DNA of 64,000 nucleotides from Candidatus Binatia bacterium (GCA_038245295.1 JBBRSP010000002.1:1-64000); one strand, 5' to 3'. Shown: positions 48,343-62,194, counted from the first letter of the stretch. Made by a program: numbers and translations. Notes: generated by a model from the letters alone, not told the origin.

Positions 48343-49110
48343 ATGACACGACGTTCACTGTTCACCATCGCCCTACTGGGCATCTTGGGAACCGGCCGCC
48401 TGGCCAACGCACAGCAGTGTCCGGGAGACCTGAACGGTGACAACGAGGTGACCATCGACGAGGTCATCGTCGCTATCAACAGCGCGCTGAACGGCTGCTC
48501 GGCGCCGGCCGCGACGCCGACACCATCGCCGACGGTTACGCTGCGTCCGTCGACAACGCGCACGGCGACGGTGACACGAACACCGACCGCAACACGCACC
48601 GCGACGACCGCCGTCACCCCAACACCGACGACGCGTTTCCGCGACAACGGCAACGGCACGATCACCGATACCAGCAACGGCCTGGTGTGGCAGAAGCAAA
48701 GCGACGACGGCGGCCTGCTCGACAAGGACGTGCGCTACGGCTGGACCGCCAGCGGCAGCACGGCACCCATCGGCACCATATTCAGCACCTTGCTGCCGGC
48801 GCTGAACGCGAGTCGCTTCGGCGGCTACAACGACTGGCGCTTACCGAGCGTCGACGAGCTACAGACCCTGGTGTCACGTAGCGGCGTTGGTCCGGGGGCG
48901 CCGTTGGTTCCACCCGAGTTCAACAAAAACTGCCTGCCCGGTTGCAGCGTCACGCAGTGCAGCTGCACCACGGCGCTCAACTATTGGACCGCGACGCCGA
49001 ACCCGGCCTACGACCAGCAGGCCTGGTACGTGTTGTTCAATACCGGCAACAGCGGTGTCGGGTTCAAGACGCTCGAGTTCTATGCCCGCGCGGTGCGCGG
49101 CGGCGGTTGA
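48343..49110 (+). CDS. Secreted dockerin-like + DUF1566 (Lcl C-terminal) protein
   Basis: CPGDLNGDNEVTIDE, PT linker, RFRDNGNGTITDTSNGLVWQK, GYNDWRLPSVDEL, ARAVR. Confidence 0.88.
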   Translation: MTRRSLFTIALLGILGTGRLANAQQCPGDLNGDNEVTIDEVIVAINSALNGCSAPAATPTPSPTVTLRPSTTRTATVTRTPTATRTATTAVTPTPTTRFRDNGNGTITDTSNGLVWQKQSDDGGLLDKDVRYGWTASGSTAPIGTIFSTLLPALNASRFGGYNDWRLPSVDELQTLVSRSGVGPGAPLVPPEFNKNCLPGCSVTQCSCTTALNYWTATPNPAYDQQAWYVLFNTGNSGVGFKTLEFYARAVRGGG

Positions 49111-49472
49111 CGCCCCGCGATCCACAACCGATCCCTTGAAGACCGGGCACTCGGGCGCAGACCCAAACTCGGCCGGGTGCGCCTCGTGTCCGAAACCTTG
49201 GAAGAAGCGCGCCACGCGATTCCTACGGGCCGGAGCGCCGCCCAGCGTCGAGTCGAACTTGCCGCCGCGCGTGCGTGGCAGGATTCGTGCTCACGACATA
49301 TCCAGCTGGTAGGCGGTGAAGAATCTTCATTGCCGCTGAGCGACAATCGCTGTAACAACCGTCTACCAGTACACGTTCAGCATCTGACCGAGGATAGGCT
49401 CAACATCGTTGCGACGCCGGTATGCAGGCGCCGCCTCCACGTGGACCCGTGCGCGGGACAAAGGAGAGTGTC

Positions 49473-50894
49473 ATGGCCGAGTGTTTCAGATGCAACACCG
49501 CGGGGGAAAGCTCGCGGACCTTCCCGTATTGGAGGCAGCATCGGTCTCTCTGGCTCACGGTGGCTGTCGCGGTCGCGATAGTGTGCATCCGTGTCGACCA
49601 AGGAAATGCCTTGCCGACCTTCGCGCGGCAGACTGGTCTCGCTTGCTCCGCCTGCCACAACAACTTTCCGGAGCTCACGGCCATGGGCCGGACGTTCAAG
49701 GCACACGGGTATACGACGCTCGCGGTGCAGGACGCCCTGGAAGAGAAGGGCACCGACAAGCAGGCTCCTCTCTACATCAACCGCACATTCCCGCTGTCGG
49801 TAATGTTCCAGACCTCGTTTACGCGGACCAACGACAAGCAGCCTTCGACGCAGAACAACGACGTCGAGTTTCCGCAGCAACTAAGCATCTTCCTCGCCGG
49901 CGAGATCACCCCTCACATCGGGGCCTTTCTGCAAGCAACCTACAACGGCCAAGACGACAAATTCAGCCTCGACAACACCGACTTCCGCTTCTCTGACGAA
50001 ACGAAAGTCGCCGACCGCGAACTGCTCTACGGAGTCACACTCAACAACAACCCGACCGTGGAGGACCTGTGGCACACCACGGCGGCGTGGCGCTGGCCGT
50101 TCGCCAGCGCCGACTCGGCCCCGACGCCCGATGCGACGGCGCTTGTCGACGGCGTGCTGGCTCAGCAGGTCGCCGGCCTCGGCCTGTACGGCATGTGGGA
50201 CAAGCACCTCTACGCCGATGTTAGTCTTTACCGCTCGGCGCATATCGGATCGACGCAACCGCCGGGAGCCGACTCGACCTCGACCATCTCCGACGTTTCA
50301 CCCTATTGGCGTTTGGCGTGGCAGCAGAATTTTGGGCCGAACTATCTCGAAGTCGGGACCTTCGGCATGTTCTCGGCGCTCTATCCCACCGGCACTTCCG
50401 GCTCGACCGACAAGTACACCGATTTTGCGTTCGACACTCAATATGAACGGCCGCTGGGTTCGGATTCCATGTCGGCCCACGCGACCTACATCTATGAAAA
50501 CCAACAACTCGACGCGACGCACGGCGGTGGTGGCTCGGACAATCTAAATGACAAACTGCACACCTTTCGCGTGGATGGGGTTTACCATCTTCAATCACGC
50601 TTCACCTTCTCGCTTGGCGGTTTCCTCACCAGGGGCACCAACGATAAGCTGCTGCACGCTCCACCGTCTACCGCCCCCGGTGACCCCGCCGCGGTTACCG
50701 GTAGTATCAACGGTAGTCCCGACAACGATGGTGTGGTCGCCGAGATCGCCTACTACCCGTGGCAGAACGTGCGGTTCTCGACCCAGTACGTCGCGTACAC
50801 AGAGTTCAACGGTCGGGCAAACAACTACAACGGCACCGGTCGCAATGCCGTGGACAACAACACGCTCTACGTGCTGGCATGGCTGAACTACTAG
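49473..50894 (+). CDS. cyc2: Cyc2-like fused monoheme cytochrome c-outer membrane porin
   Basis: After signal peptide: LPTFARQTGLACSACH..FPELTAMGRTFK.HGY (Cyc2 N-terminal signature), NNNPTVEDLW, beta-barrel body ending in aromatic LAWLNY; RBS AAGGAG. Confidence 0.8.
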   Translation: MAECFRCNTAGESSRTFPYWRQHRSLWLTVAVAVAIVCIRVDQGNALPTFARQTGLACSACHNNFPELTAMGRTFKAHGYTTLAVQDALEEKGTDKQAPLYINRTFPLSVMFQTSFTRTNDKQPSTQNNDVEFPQQLSIFLAGEITPHIGAFLQATYNGQDDKFSLDNTDFRFSDETKVADRELLYGVTLNNNPTVEDLWHTTAAWRWPFASADSAPTPDATALVDGVLAQQVAGLGLYGMWDKHLYADVSLYRSAHIGSTQPPGADSTSTISDVSPYWRLAWQQNFGPNYLEVGTFGMFSALYPTGTSGSTDKYTDFAFDTQYERPLGSDSMSAHATYIYENQQLDATHGGGGSDNLNDKLHTFRVDGVYHLQSRFTFSLGGFLTRGTNDKLLHAPPSTAPGDPAAVTGSINGSPDNDGVVAEIAYYPWQNVRFSTQYVAYTEFNGRANNYNGTGRNAVDNNTLYVLAWLNY

Positions 50895-50917
50895 GCGAGC
50901 CAAGGAATCGAACCCTG

Positions 50918-51439
50918 GTGTCACGCACCAGGGGCCTGAGCGCTTCGTCGGCATCTCCTGCGGCACGATGGCGCGCCAAGACGCGACGGTACGCCGTCGG
51001 AATCGTTCTCTTGACGCCGCTCGTGTGCGTCCCCGTCGCGCATGCGCAAGGGGATGACGCCGATAGCCTGCGCCAGGAAGTCGGCGAGCTGAAGCGCACC
51101 GTCGAGCGCCTCGACGCCAAATTGCAACACCTCGAACAGCAGCCAACGCCTTCGCCACAAGGGCCGGCGGCGGAGAGCATCGGCGCGGCAACATCGGCGA
51201 GCGCAACCGCTACCCCGACGACAGAGGCGAGCGCACGACAGCGCTGGCGGCAAATCGAATACGGCATGAGCACAAGCGACATCAGCGCACTCCTTGGTCC
51301 GCCGCAACGAATCATGGAGATGAGTCCAAAACTCATCTGGTATTATTCGTATCCTGAAAGCGGCAACGCCTCCGTGGTCTTCACCGACGCGGGTGGCGTC
51401 ATCGATTGGCAAGCACCAGCGACCAACGCCTTTTGGTGA
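50918..51439 (+). CDS. Exported coiled-coil protein with BamE/SmpA-like C-terminal domain (start uncertain)
   Basis: VAHAQ signal cleavage, coiled coil, WRQIEYGMSTSDISALLGPP...WYY. Confidence 0.6.
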   Translation: MSRTRGLSASSASPAARWRAKTRRYAVGIVLLTPLVCVPVAHAQGDDADSLRQEVGELKRTVERLDAKLQHLEQQPTPSPQGPAAESIGAATSASATATPTTEASARQRWRQIEYGMSTSDISALLGPPQRIMEMSPKLIWYYSYPESGNASVVFTDAGGVIDWQAPATNAFW

Positions 51440-51568
51440 GACCCGGAAGGCATCACATGACGGGCGATCGATGAAAACTTTGACTTGATGGGAATTGCGG
51501 GCGGACTGTCCGTCGACGCCGCTGCCGACCAGACGGTTTCGCGCCGCAAGCGAACAAAGGAGACTGCG

Positions 51569-51943
51569 ATGCGAAGGCGACGTTTGTTGGGATACGCAAT
51601 CTTGTCGGTCGGCTATCTTGTCCTTCTCTGTCCGCGGCTGGTGACAGCGGACGATGCTGCTCTCGCCAAGGCGCGCGAGAACTACCAGAGCTATTGCCAG
51701 AAGTGTCACGGCGAGAACGGCAAGGGCGACGGCCCGGGTGCCGCCATGCTCAACCCGAAGCCGCGCGATTACACCGATTGTAAGGCCATGCAGGGCAAGA
51801 AGGACGACGAGCTCTTCAAGGTCATCAAGGAGGGCGGCGACTCGATCGGCTTGTCGGCCGACATGCAGCCGTTCGGCGGCAATCTTTCCGATGACGAGAT
51901 CCACGAAATGGTGAAGTTCGTGCGCGGCTTCTGCAAGTCTTGA
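51569..51943 (+). CDS. Periplasmic monoheme cytochrome c
   Basis: Signal peptide, CQKCHGENGKGDGP, PKPRD, distal Met MQPF; RBS AAGGAG. Confidence 0.92.
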   Translation: MRRRRLLGYAILSVGYLVLLCPRLVTADDAALAKARENYQSYCQKCHGENGKGDGPGAAMLNPKPRDYTDCKAMQGKKDDELFKVIKEGGDSIGLSADMQPFGGNLSDDEIHEMVKFVRGFCKS

Positions 51944-51962
51944 CCATGGGAGCAACGGGCCG

Positions 51963-53897
51963 GTGAGTCGCAGCGCAATCGACAAAGTGCGGGCGGTCAT
52001 TCGCCCGCTGACATGGTTCCGCGACAACGTTCCGTGTCTCGCGGCTTGCCCGGTGAAGACCGACGCCGGCCGCTATGTGCAGCTCATCAGCTCAGGCCAA
52101 TACGACGAAGCGTACGCGGTAGCCCGATCACCAAATCCAATCGCGTCGATTTGCGGTCGCACCTGTGGCGCACCGTGCGAGGACGCCTGCCGCCGCGGCA
52201 AGATCGATTCGCCCGTCGCCATCCGGCCGCTGAAGCGCTTCGTCACCGAACGCTACGGTCCCGAATCCTTCTCACCGCTGACAGCGGAGGCACTGACAAC
52301 CCTTGCCACCGCCGGCAAGCAGAGCACCACTGCGGGGCACGCAGAGAACCTGAGCCTCCATGCGCGCGGCAAGGTCGCGGTCGTCGGTGCCGGCCCCTCC
52401 GGTCTCGCCTGTGCCCATGATCTCGCGGTGATGGGCTATCGCGTCACCGTATTCGAAGCGATGGAGCACGGCGGCGGCATGATGCGTTACGGCATCCCGG
52501 AGTACCGCTTACCGCGCGAGGTAATCGACCGGCAGGTCGATGAGATCCGCGGCCTCGGTGTCGAGTTCGTCTTTGGCCGCAGCCTCGATGCTACCTTCGG
52601 CCTGCGTGAAATCCGCGCCGCTGGCTACGCCGCGATCTTTCTCGGGCTCGGCGCCGGCCGTGGCCGCGACCTTGCCATCGAGGGGGGCGAACTCGACGGC
52701 GTGGTCAAGGCTATCGACTTCTTACTCAACGTGAATCGTGGCTATCGCGTCGACGTCGGCCGCCGCGTCATCGTCGTAGGCGGCGGTCTGGTGGCGCTGG
52801 ATGCGGCGCGCACCGCCGTGCGCGTCTTGTTGAGTGGCGCCGAACGCGCCGCCGAAGAGCTCGGCCGCGTCGTGGGCACGGAAGTTCGCGTCGCCCTCGA
52901 CGCTGCACGCGAGGCGCGGCGTCGGGGTGCTCTCGAGGTGTCGGTCGTCAGTCTCGAACAGCTCGACGAGATGCCGGCAACGCGCTCCGTCCAGGGCCGC
53001 GAAGAAATGGAAGTCACGCGTGACGAAGGAATCGATTTCGAGCCCGGGTGGGGGCCGAAGCGCATCGTCGGCGAGGCTGGGCGTGCGACGGGCATCGAGC
53101 TGATTCGTTGCGCGCGCGTCTTCGACGAGCAGGGGCGCTTCAATCCAAGCTTTGTCGCCGGAAGCGAAAGGATCCTCTCTGCCGATACGATCCTGCTCGC
53201 GGTTGGTCAGCGCTCCGATTACAGCTTCCTGCGGCCGGAGGACGGCGTCGAGTTGGCCCCATCGGGGCTGATCAAGGTTGATCCGAAGACGCTGCAGACG
53301 ACAGCACCCGGAATCTTTGCCGGGGGCGACGGTGCTTTCCCCCCTGGCATGCTCATCACGGCCGCCGAACACGGCAAGCGGGCAGCGGCATCCATCCATG
53401 CTCATCTGAGCGGCGCGACGGCGCCGACGACGATGCGGGTGATTGCCGAGGAGCAGGCACTGGCGACCTACCGGATGCCGGAGCACTACGAACAGATCGC
53501 GCGCCATGTGCCGATGGTACCGGTCAATCGACGCACCGGCATCACCGAAGTCGAAGTCTGTTACACGGAATCCGAGGCCAAGGAGCAAGCCGACCGCTGC
53601 CTCTCGTGCCACGTAGATCCGATTTACAACCGCGATCTCTGCGTCTTGTGCGCGCGCTGCGCCGACATCTGCCCGGAGAACTGCATCAGCTTCGTTCCGG
53701 TCGAGCGCCTGAGCTTGGGTGCCGCGGATGAGATGACCGTCGCGGCCCTGGCACCGGCAGACGGCACGTTCACGGCGTATCTGTACGCCGAAGACCGCTG
53801 CATCCGTTGCGGGCTGTGCGCCATCCGCTGTCCGACAGGCGCCATCACTATGGAGCGATTTCGTTTTGAGGAGGTGTGCGATGAGTCCATCGCCTGA
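51963..53897 (+). CDS. FAD/NAD(P)-dependent oxidoreductase (GltD/NfnB-like) with C-terminal 2x[4Fe-4S] ferredoxin domain
   Basis: PCLAACP, CGRTCGAPCEDAC, GAGPSG, YGIPEYRLP, VGGGLVALD, RCLSC, CVLCARCADICP, CIRCGLCAIRCP. Confidence 0.92.
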   Translation: MSRSAIDKVRAVIRPLTWFRDNVPCLAACPVKTDAGRYVQLISSGQYDEAYAVARSPNPIASICGRTCGAPCEDACRRGKIDSPVAIRPLKRFVTERYGPESFSPLTAEALTTLATAGKQSTTAGHAENLSLHARGKVAVVGAGPSGLACAHDLAVMGYRVTVFEAMEHGGGMMRYGIPEYRLPREVIDRQVDEIRGLGVEFVFGRSLDATFGLREIRAAGYAAIFLGLGAGRGRDLAIEGGELDGVVKAIDFLLNVNRGYRVDVGRRVIVVGGGLVALDAARTAVRVLLSGAERAAEELGRVVGTEVRVALDAAREARRRGALEVSVVSLEQLDEMPATRSVQGREEMEVTRDEGIDFEPGWGPKRIVGEAGRATGIELIRCARVFDEQGRFNPSFVAGSERILSADTILLAVGQRSDYSFLRPEDGVELAPSGLIKVDPKTLQTTAPGIFAGGDGAFPPGMLITAAEHGKRAAASIHAHLSGATAPTTMRVIAEEQALATYRMPEHYEQIARHVPMVPVNRRTGITEVEVCYTESEAKEQADRCLSCHVDPIYNRDLCVLCARCADICPENCISFVPVERLSLGAADEMTVAALAPADGTFTAYLYAEDRCIRCGLCAIRCPTGAITMERFRFEEVCDESIA

Positions 53898-54345
53898 ACC
53901 CGAACGTCGGCGTTTCTTGCAGTGGATTGGCCAGTGGTCGGTGGTGGCGACCGTGCTCACCCAGTTTGCCGGCGTCGTCCGCGCCTTTGTGCCGCGCGTC
54001 CTCTACGAGCCGTCGAAGAAATTCAAGGTTGGCAAGCCGGGCGAGTACCCCGAGGGCGTGACGTTCGTCCCGATGCATCGCTTGTTCGTGATCCGCGAGC
54101 GCAATCAGTTCCACGTCATCTCGGCAACCTGCACGCACCTCGGGTGCTGCGTGGAATGGAAGGCGAAGACCGACGAGTTCGATTGCCCGTGTCACGGCAG
54201 CAAATTCAAAGCGGACGGGACGGCGTTTGCGGGACCCGCGCCGCGATCCCTTTCGTTGCATCCGTTGAGTGTCTCCGGCGACGGCTTCCTGGTCGTGGAT
54301 TCGGGGAAATCGGTCCCGGCAAACTACCGCTTCGCGGTGGCCTGA
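53881..54345 (+). CDS. Rieske [2Fe-2S] subunit of a Rieske/cytochrome b complex
   Basis: Tat motif ERRRFL, TM anchor, CTHLGC, CPCHGS, GPAPRSL. Confidence 0.93.
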   Translation: MSPSPEPERRRFLQWIGQWSVVATVLTQFAGVVRAFVPRVLYEPSKKFKVGKPGEYPEGVTFVPMHRLFVIRERNQFHVISATCTHLGCCVEWKAKTDEFDCPCHGSKFKADGTAFAGPAPRSLSLHPLSVSGDGFLVVDSGKSVPANYRFAVA

Positions 54346-54378
54346 GGGCAGGCGTATCGGCGCGGGGAATGGGAGAGC

Positions 54379-55689
54379 ATGACCATGCGAGCGAAACTGA
54401 ACCGGTTATGGCGCCGGGCAACGTGGTCGTGGAGCCCGGCGAGTGAACGCGAAGCAAGCACGGCGATCGTCGAGAATCTCTGGCTGCACTGGTTCCCCGC
54501 CAAAGTAGCGGAGGAGAGTTTTTCTTGGAGCTACAGTCTGTGGCTCGGAACCATTTCGGCCTTTCTGTTCCTCATCCTGATCGTCACCGGTATCCTGCTG
54601 ATGTTCTTCTATGTTCCGTCGACGCAACTGGCGTACTGGAGCATTAAGGATATCCATTACGTCGTCGGCTTCGGTTGGCTGCTACGCAACCAACACCGCT
54701 GGGCGGCGCACCTCATGGTGCTGGCGGTCTTCCTGCACATGTTGCGGGTCTTCTTCACCGGCGCCTACCGGGCGCAACGGTCGACCAACTGGCTGGTTGG
54801 CATCGTGTTGTTGCTGGTGACCTTGTTCCTCTCCTTCACGGGCTATCTGCTGCCTTGGGATCAGTTGGCGTTCTGGGCGGTCACGGTCGGTACCAACATC
54901 GCAAAGGAAGCGCCGGTCGTCGGATCGGCGCTGCAGTTCGTCTTGTTGGGTGGGACGGAAATTGGCCAGAGCACGTTGGTCCGGTTCTACGTCCTCCACG
55001 TCGTCGTGCTGCCGGCGGCAGCACTCGTGCTCTTCGCGTACCACATGTGGCGCGTGCGCCGCGACGGCGGCATGGCCGTGACCGATCCGGCGGCGGCCGT
55101 TGTCGCCACGCCGCAGGATGCGGCGTCGGTTGGCGGTAAAACCTATTCGCTGTTCGGCGTGACCCCGGGTACCAGTCTCGAGACACGCGCCGCCGGCCCG
55201 ATTCCTGACGGCACCGGAGTTTTTTCCGCGCCGCACATGCTGCGGCGATTGATGCTGGTGTTTCTCGCCGTGTTCACGGTCACCATCGTCCTGAGTCTGA
55301 TCTCCGGCGCACCGCTCGAGGAACCGGCCAACGCCACGTTGACGCCAAATCCGGCGAAGGCGCCGTGGTACTTCTTGTGGCTGCAGGAGCTCGTCGCCAT
55401 CACGACGTTGCGCCTCGGTGGCTTCACCCTCAGTGGTGGACTGATCGGCGGCATCCTGGTTCCGGGTGTTTTGCTCATGGCGGGCGTGCTCTGGCCCTTT
55501 TTCGATCGTAGCCCTCTGCATACGGTGGGCCGATGGTTCCCGCGCGAGCGCCGTCTCCAGAATGGCGTGCTCTGTGTCATCGCCCTCATCATGCTCGTCC
55601 TGGTGCTGATCGGCATGCTCATGCGCGGTCCGTACTGGCAGCTTTACTGGCCCTGGCAGGCATGGCCGGAAATGCCGCGTCGGCTCTAG
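54379..55689 (+). CDS. Cytochrome b with fused subunit IV
   Basis: HRWAAH..LH, TGYLLPWDQ.AFWA, RFYVLH..YH heme ligands, TPNPAKAPWYF Qo motif. Confidence 0.93.
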   Translation: MTMRAKLNRLWRRATWSWSPASEREASTAIVENLWLHWFPAKVAEESFSWSYSLWLGTISAFLFLILIVTGILLMFFYVPSTQLAYWSIKDIHYVVGFGWLLRNQHRWAAHLMVLAVFLHMLRVFFTGAYRAQRSTNWLVGIVLLLVTLFLSFTGYLLPWDQLAFWAVTVGTNIAKEAPVVGSALQFVLLGGTEIGQSTLVRFYVLHVVVLPAAALVLFAYHMWRVRRDGGMAVTDPAAAVVATPQDAASVGGKTYSLFGVTPGTSLETRAAGPIPDGTGVFSAPHMLRRLMLVFLAVFTVTIVLSLISGAPLEEPANATLTPNPAKAPWYFLWLQELVAITTLRLGGFTLSGGLIGGILVPGVLLMAGVLWPFFDRSPLHTVGRWFPRERRLQNGVLCVIALIMLVLVLIGMLMRGPYWQLYWPWQAWPEMPRRL

Positions 55690-55696
55690 GTGTAAA

Positions 55697-56974
55697 ATGA
55701 GCAGCTCGAGATTCAGCTGGAACCGCGATTTCTGGCCACTGCTGGTGGCCTCGATCGCTTCGTTCGTCGTCGTCATGGTCGTTGCGTACCGCGAGTACAC
55801 ACCGGAATGGCGGCACCACACGCAAGTGTTGCGCAGCTACCTGACCGGCCGCGGCGCCTACGATGCAGCCGCCGCGGTACCCGACGGCGTGCAGCAAATC
55901 TGGCTACCGAAGCTTGATCGCGTCGATCGCTGCATGAGCTGTCACGTCAACTATGACGGCTCGATTTCTCCGCTCGCCGATCTGCCGCCGCTCTACCGGC
56001 CACATCCCGACCTGCCGTACATGGCCAAGCATCCCTTCCCCACCTTCGGCTGCACAGCCTGTCACGGCGGGCAGGGCTACGCACTGGATGAGGCCGGGGC
56101 GCACGGCCTGGAGGAGCACTGGGATGATCCGCTGCTCACCACCAAGTTGGCAAGCGGGTCCGGGCTGACGCGCGCCCAGCTCATGGAGATCAAGTGCAAT
56201 ACCTGCCATCGCGCCGATGACAGAACGGCTGGCACCGATCTCATCAACATGGCCAAGGAAATCGTCGACAAGAAGCATTGCACCTCGTGTCACGGCTTAC
56301 AGGGCCGAGGCGGATTGGCAGCGTCGGATCTCACGTACGACGGCGACCTCAACCCCGAGCTGCTCGACTTCTCCACGGTCGAGGGACCGAGGACGCTGCT
56401 CAACTGGCAGGTCCAGCACTTCAAGAGTCCGCAGCAGGTGACGCCGCACAGCGGTATGCCGAACTACAAGCTGAACGACGACCAGGCACGCGCCCTGGCG
56501 CTGTTGATGCTGAGCTGGCAGCGCATCAGCTTTCCGCCTGAATATGTGCCGGCGGCGCGGCAACGGCCCCCGGCGGTCCTGCCTGTGGTCCGCGAAGTCC
56601 CGTATCCGCCGGCTGCCTCGTCACCGCTCGCCGAACAGGGACGCTACGTATTCAGCAACCGCGGCTGCAACACTTGCCATCGTGTCGGTGGTGGAAAGCT
56701 CATCGGCCCGGATCTCGCAGGTGTGGCGCAACGCCGTAATGACCGCTGGCTAACGACCTGGTTGAAAGATCCGGCCGCCGTGGTGGCAAAGGACGCCGAG
56801 CTGCAAGTCTGGTCGCGCGAGTTTGGCGACATCATCATGCCGAACCAGAACCTCGACGATAAGGAGATCGAGGCGCTGATTGCGTACATGAAGGAGTTCG
56901 CCAGCGGCGTCAGCGAGCTGCTCGGAACGGCGTCACCCACGCCTCCGCCCACGCCATCGTCTCCGGCTAGTTGA
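55697..56974 (+). CDS. Membrane-anchored pentaheme cytochrome c
   Basis: N-terminal TM; CMSCH, CTACH, CNTCH, CTSCH, CNTCH. Confidence 0.92.
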   Translation: MSSSRFSWNRDFWPLLVASIASFVVVMVVAYREYTPEWRHHTQVLRSYLTGRGAYDAAAAVPDGVQQIWLPKLDRVDRCMSCHVNYDGSISPLADLPPLYRPHPDLPYMAKHPFPTFGCTACHGGQGYALDEAGAHGLEEHWDDPLLTTKLASGSGLTRAQLMEIKCNTCHRADDRTAGTDLINMAKEIVDKKHCTSCHGLQGRGGLAASDLTYDGDLNPELLDFSTVEGPRTLLNWQVQHFKSPQQVTPHSGMPNYKLNDDQARALALLMLSWQRISFPPEYVPAARQRPPAVLPVVREVPYPPAASSPLAEQGRYVFSNRGCNTCHRVGGGKLIGPDLAGVAQRRNDRWLTTWLKDPAAVVAKDAELQVWSREFGDIIMPNQNLDDKEIEALIAYMKEFASGVSELLGTASPTPPPTPSSPAS

Positions 56975-57055
56975 AAGCGCCCCCTTCGCACTGGCTCAGC
57001 GCGGGCTTCGCCCGCAACCCAAGAAGGACACTGGATACCGCGGCAGGCCAACACA

Positions 57056-57198
57056 CTCCCTCTCCCAGCTCGAGCCGAGTGGCGACAGCTGGGAGAGGGC
57101 CGGGGTGAGGGTTCATAAGCGAATCCGGATGCCATCGGCGGGCCCTCACCCCGACCCTCTCCCACCTCATAAGGTTGCGCTCGAAGTGGGAGAGGGAG
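57056..57198. repeat. REP doublet (CCCTCACCCCG.CCCTCTCCC family)
   Basis: CTCCCTCTCCC..GGGAGAGGGCCGGGGTGAGGG versus CCCTCACCCCGACCCTCTCCC..GGGAGAGGGAG. Confidence 0.8.
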
Positions 57199-57504
57199 CG
57201 CTTGTCTTTCGTCTCCCGTGGGCGACCACCGGCCATCATCACTTCGCGGGGGGAAGGCCTCTTGGGCAGTGGCAACTTCAGCGCCCTATGCAAAGACTTT
57301 CGGCGATAGTAGATCAGCGTGTGGTTGACCGCGGTGACGACTTGGGGCCGTGCGATTCCGGAACCGAAGGGGCGACTCCACTACGCTTGAGCGAAGCCGG
57401 GCCCGCATAGGGCAATTCCTAATCGTGGGAAGGGGCGCGGTGGTCTTCCCAAACTCTGGCTCCGGTCGGCGGCGAGTTCCGACATCCGTGCACGTCATGG
57501 ACGG

Positions 57505-57520
57505 CGGCACGGCAATCGCT
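57505..57520 (+). promoter_or_regulatory. Possible sigma54 promoter upstream of PFOR
   Basis: CGGCACGGCAATCGCT = GG-N10-GC, but the predicted TSS is only ~3 nt from the ATG. Confidence 0.35.
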
Positions 57521-57533
57521 CTTCTGATGGAGC

Positions 57534-61096
<3,563 letters not shown>

Positions 61097-61100
<4 letters not shown>

Positions 61101-62095
61101 CAATGGATCTGACTACCAAATACATGGGCCTCGAACTGCGCCATCCTTTCGTGAGTGGGGCTTCGCCCTTAGTCGACGACATGGCAATGGTTCGCCGGCT
61201 GGAGGATGCCGGCGCCGCCGCGGTTGTCATGCACTCGTTATTCGAAGAGCAGATCCTGGCGGAACAACAGGCGACGATTGAGGCGCTCGAAGCCAGTGAG
61301 GACAGCTTCTCGGAAGCACGCTCGTTCCTTCCGGACTCACAGCACTTTCGTATCGGCCCTGACCAGTACCTAGAGCAGATCCGTCGATTGAAGGATGCGC
61401 TTTCCGTCCCGGTCATCGCGTCGTTGAACGGGGTGACGCCGAGCGGATGGTTGCGCCATGCGAAGTTGTGCGAGAGCGCTGGCGCCGACGGCCTCGAACT
61501 CAACGTCTACTACGTTGGCAACCAACGCACGGACACGGCGGAGATCGTCGAGACGCGGCTGCTGCGGATGGTTGGCGTTTTGAAAGAGGAGCTGCACATC
61601 CCGGTCGCGGTGAAGCTATCGCCGTTCTTCACTAATTTCATCAACGTCGCCGATGCTCTCGACGCGCAGGGCGCCGATGCGTTGGTGGTGTTCAACCGCT
61701 TCTATCAGCCCGACATCGATATCGACGGGCTCGAGGTCGTTCCGAGCCTGCGGCTCTCCGATTCGTCCGAGTTGCTGCTGCGCCTACGCTGGCTGGCGGC
61801 GCTCCACGGTCGGGTCCGCGCCTCGCTGGCCTGCACCGGCGGCGTACACACGGCGCAAGACGCAATCAAAGCCCTCATGGCCGGCGCCGACAGTGTGCAG
61901 ATGGTCTCGGCATTATTGTCGAACGGCCCGGAGCATCTGCAGCGCATTCGGCGTGAAGTGGAAGAGTGGCTCGAGCAGCACGAATACTCGTCGCTCAGCC
62001 AACTACGCGGCAGCATGAGTCTCGACCGCTGCCCTGATCCGGCGGCCTTCGAGCGCGCGAACTACTTGAGAGTGTTGCAGTCCTGGCGCGGTTAA
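61097..62095 (+). CDS. Dihydroorotate dehydrogenase-like FMN protein (common nifJ partner)
   Basis: MDLTTKYMGLELRHPF..GASPL, SLFEEQI, ELNVY, VKLSPFF, FNRFYQPDID, TGGVH; ATGA overlap with nifJ. Confidence 0.9.
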
Positions 62096-62108
62096 ACCCC
62101 CAGCCCGG

Positions 62109-62194
62109 AAAAAGGGGACAGGACCCTTTTCTCGGCAACCGTTTCCTCAATGAAATGGGGGCCAGAAGCGCCTGAAATGGGGGCTGGACCCCTT
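62109..62194. repeat. Short palindromic repeats AAAGGGGACAGGACCCTTT-like
   Basis: Two related copies (AAAAGGGGACAGGACCCTTTT; AAATGGGGGCTGGACCCTTT) between convergent genes. Confidence 0.5.
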
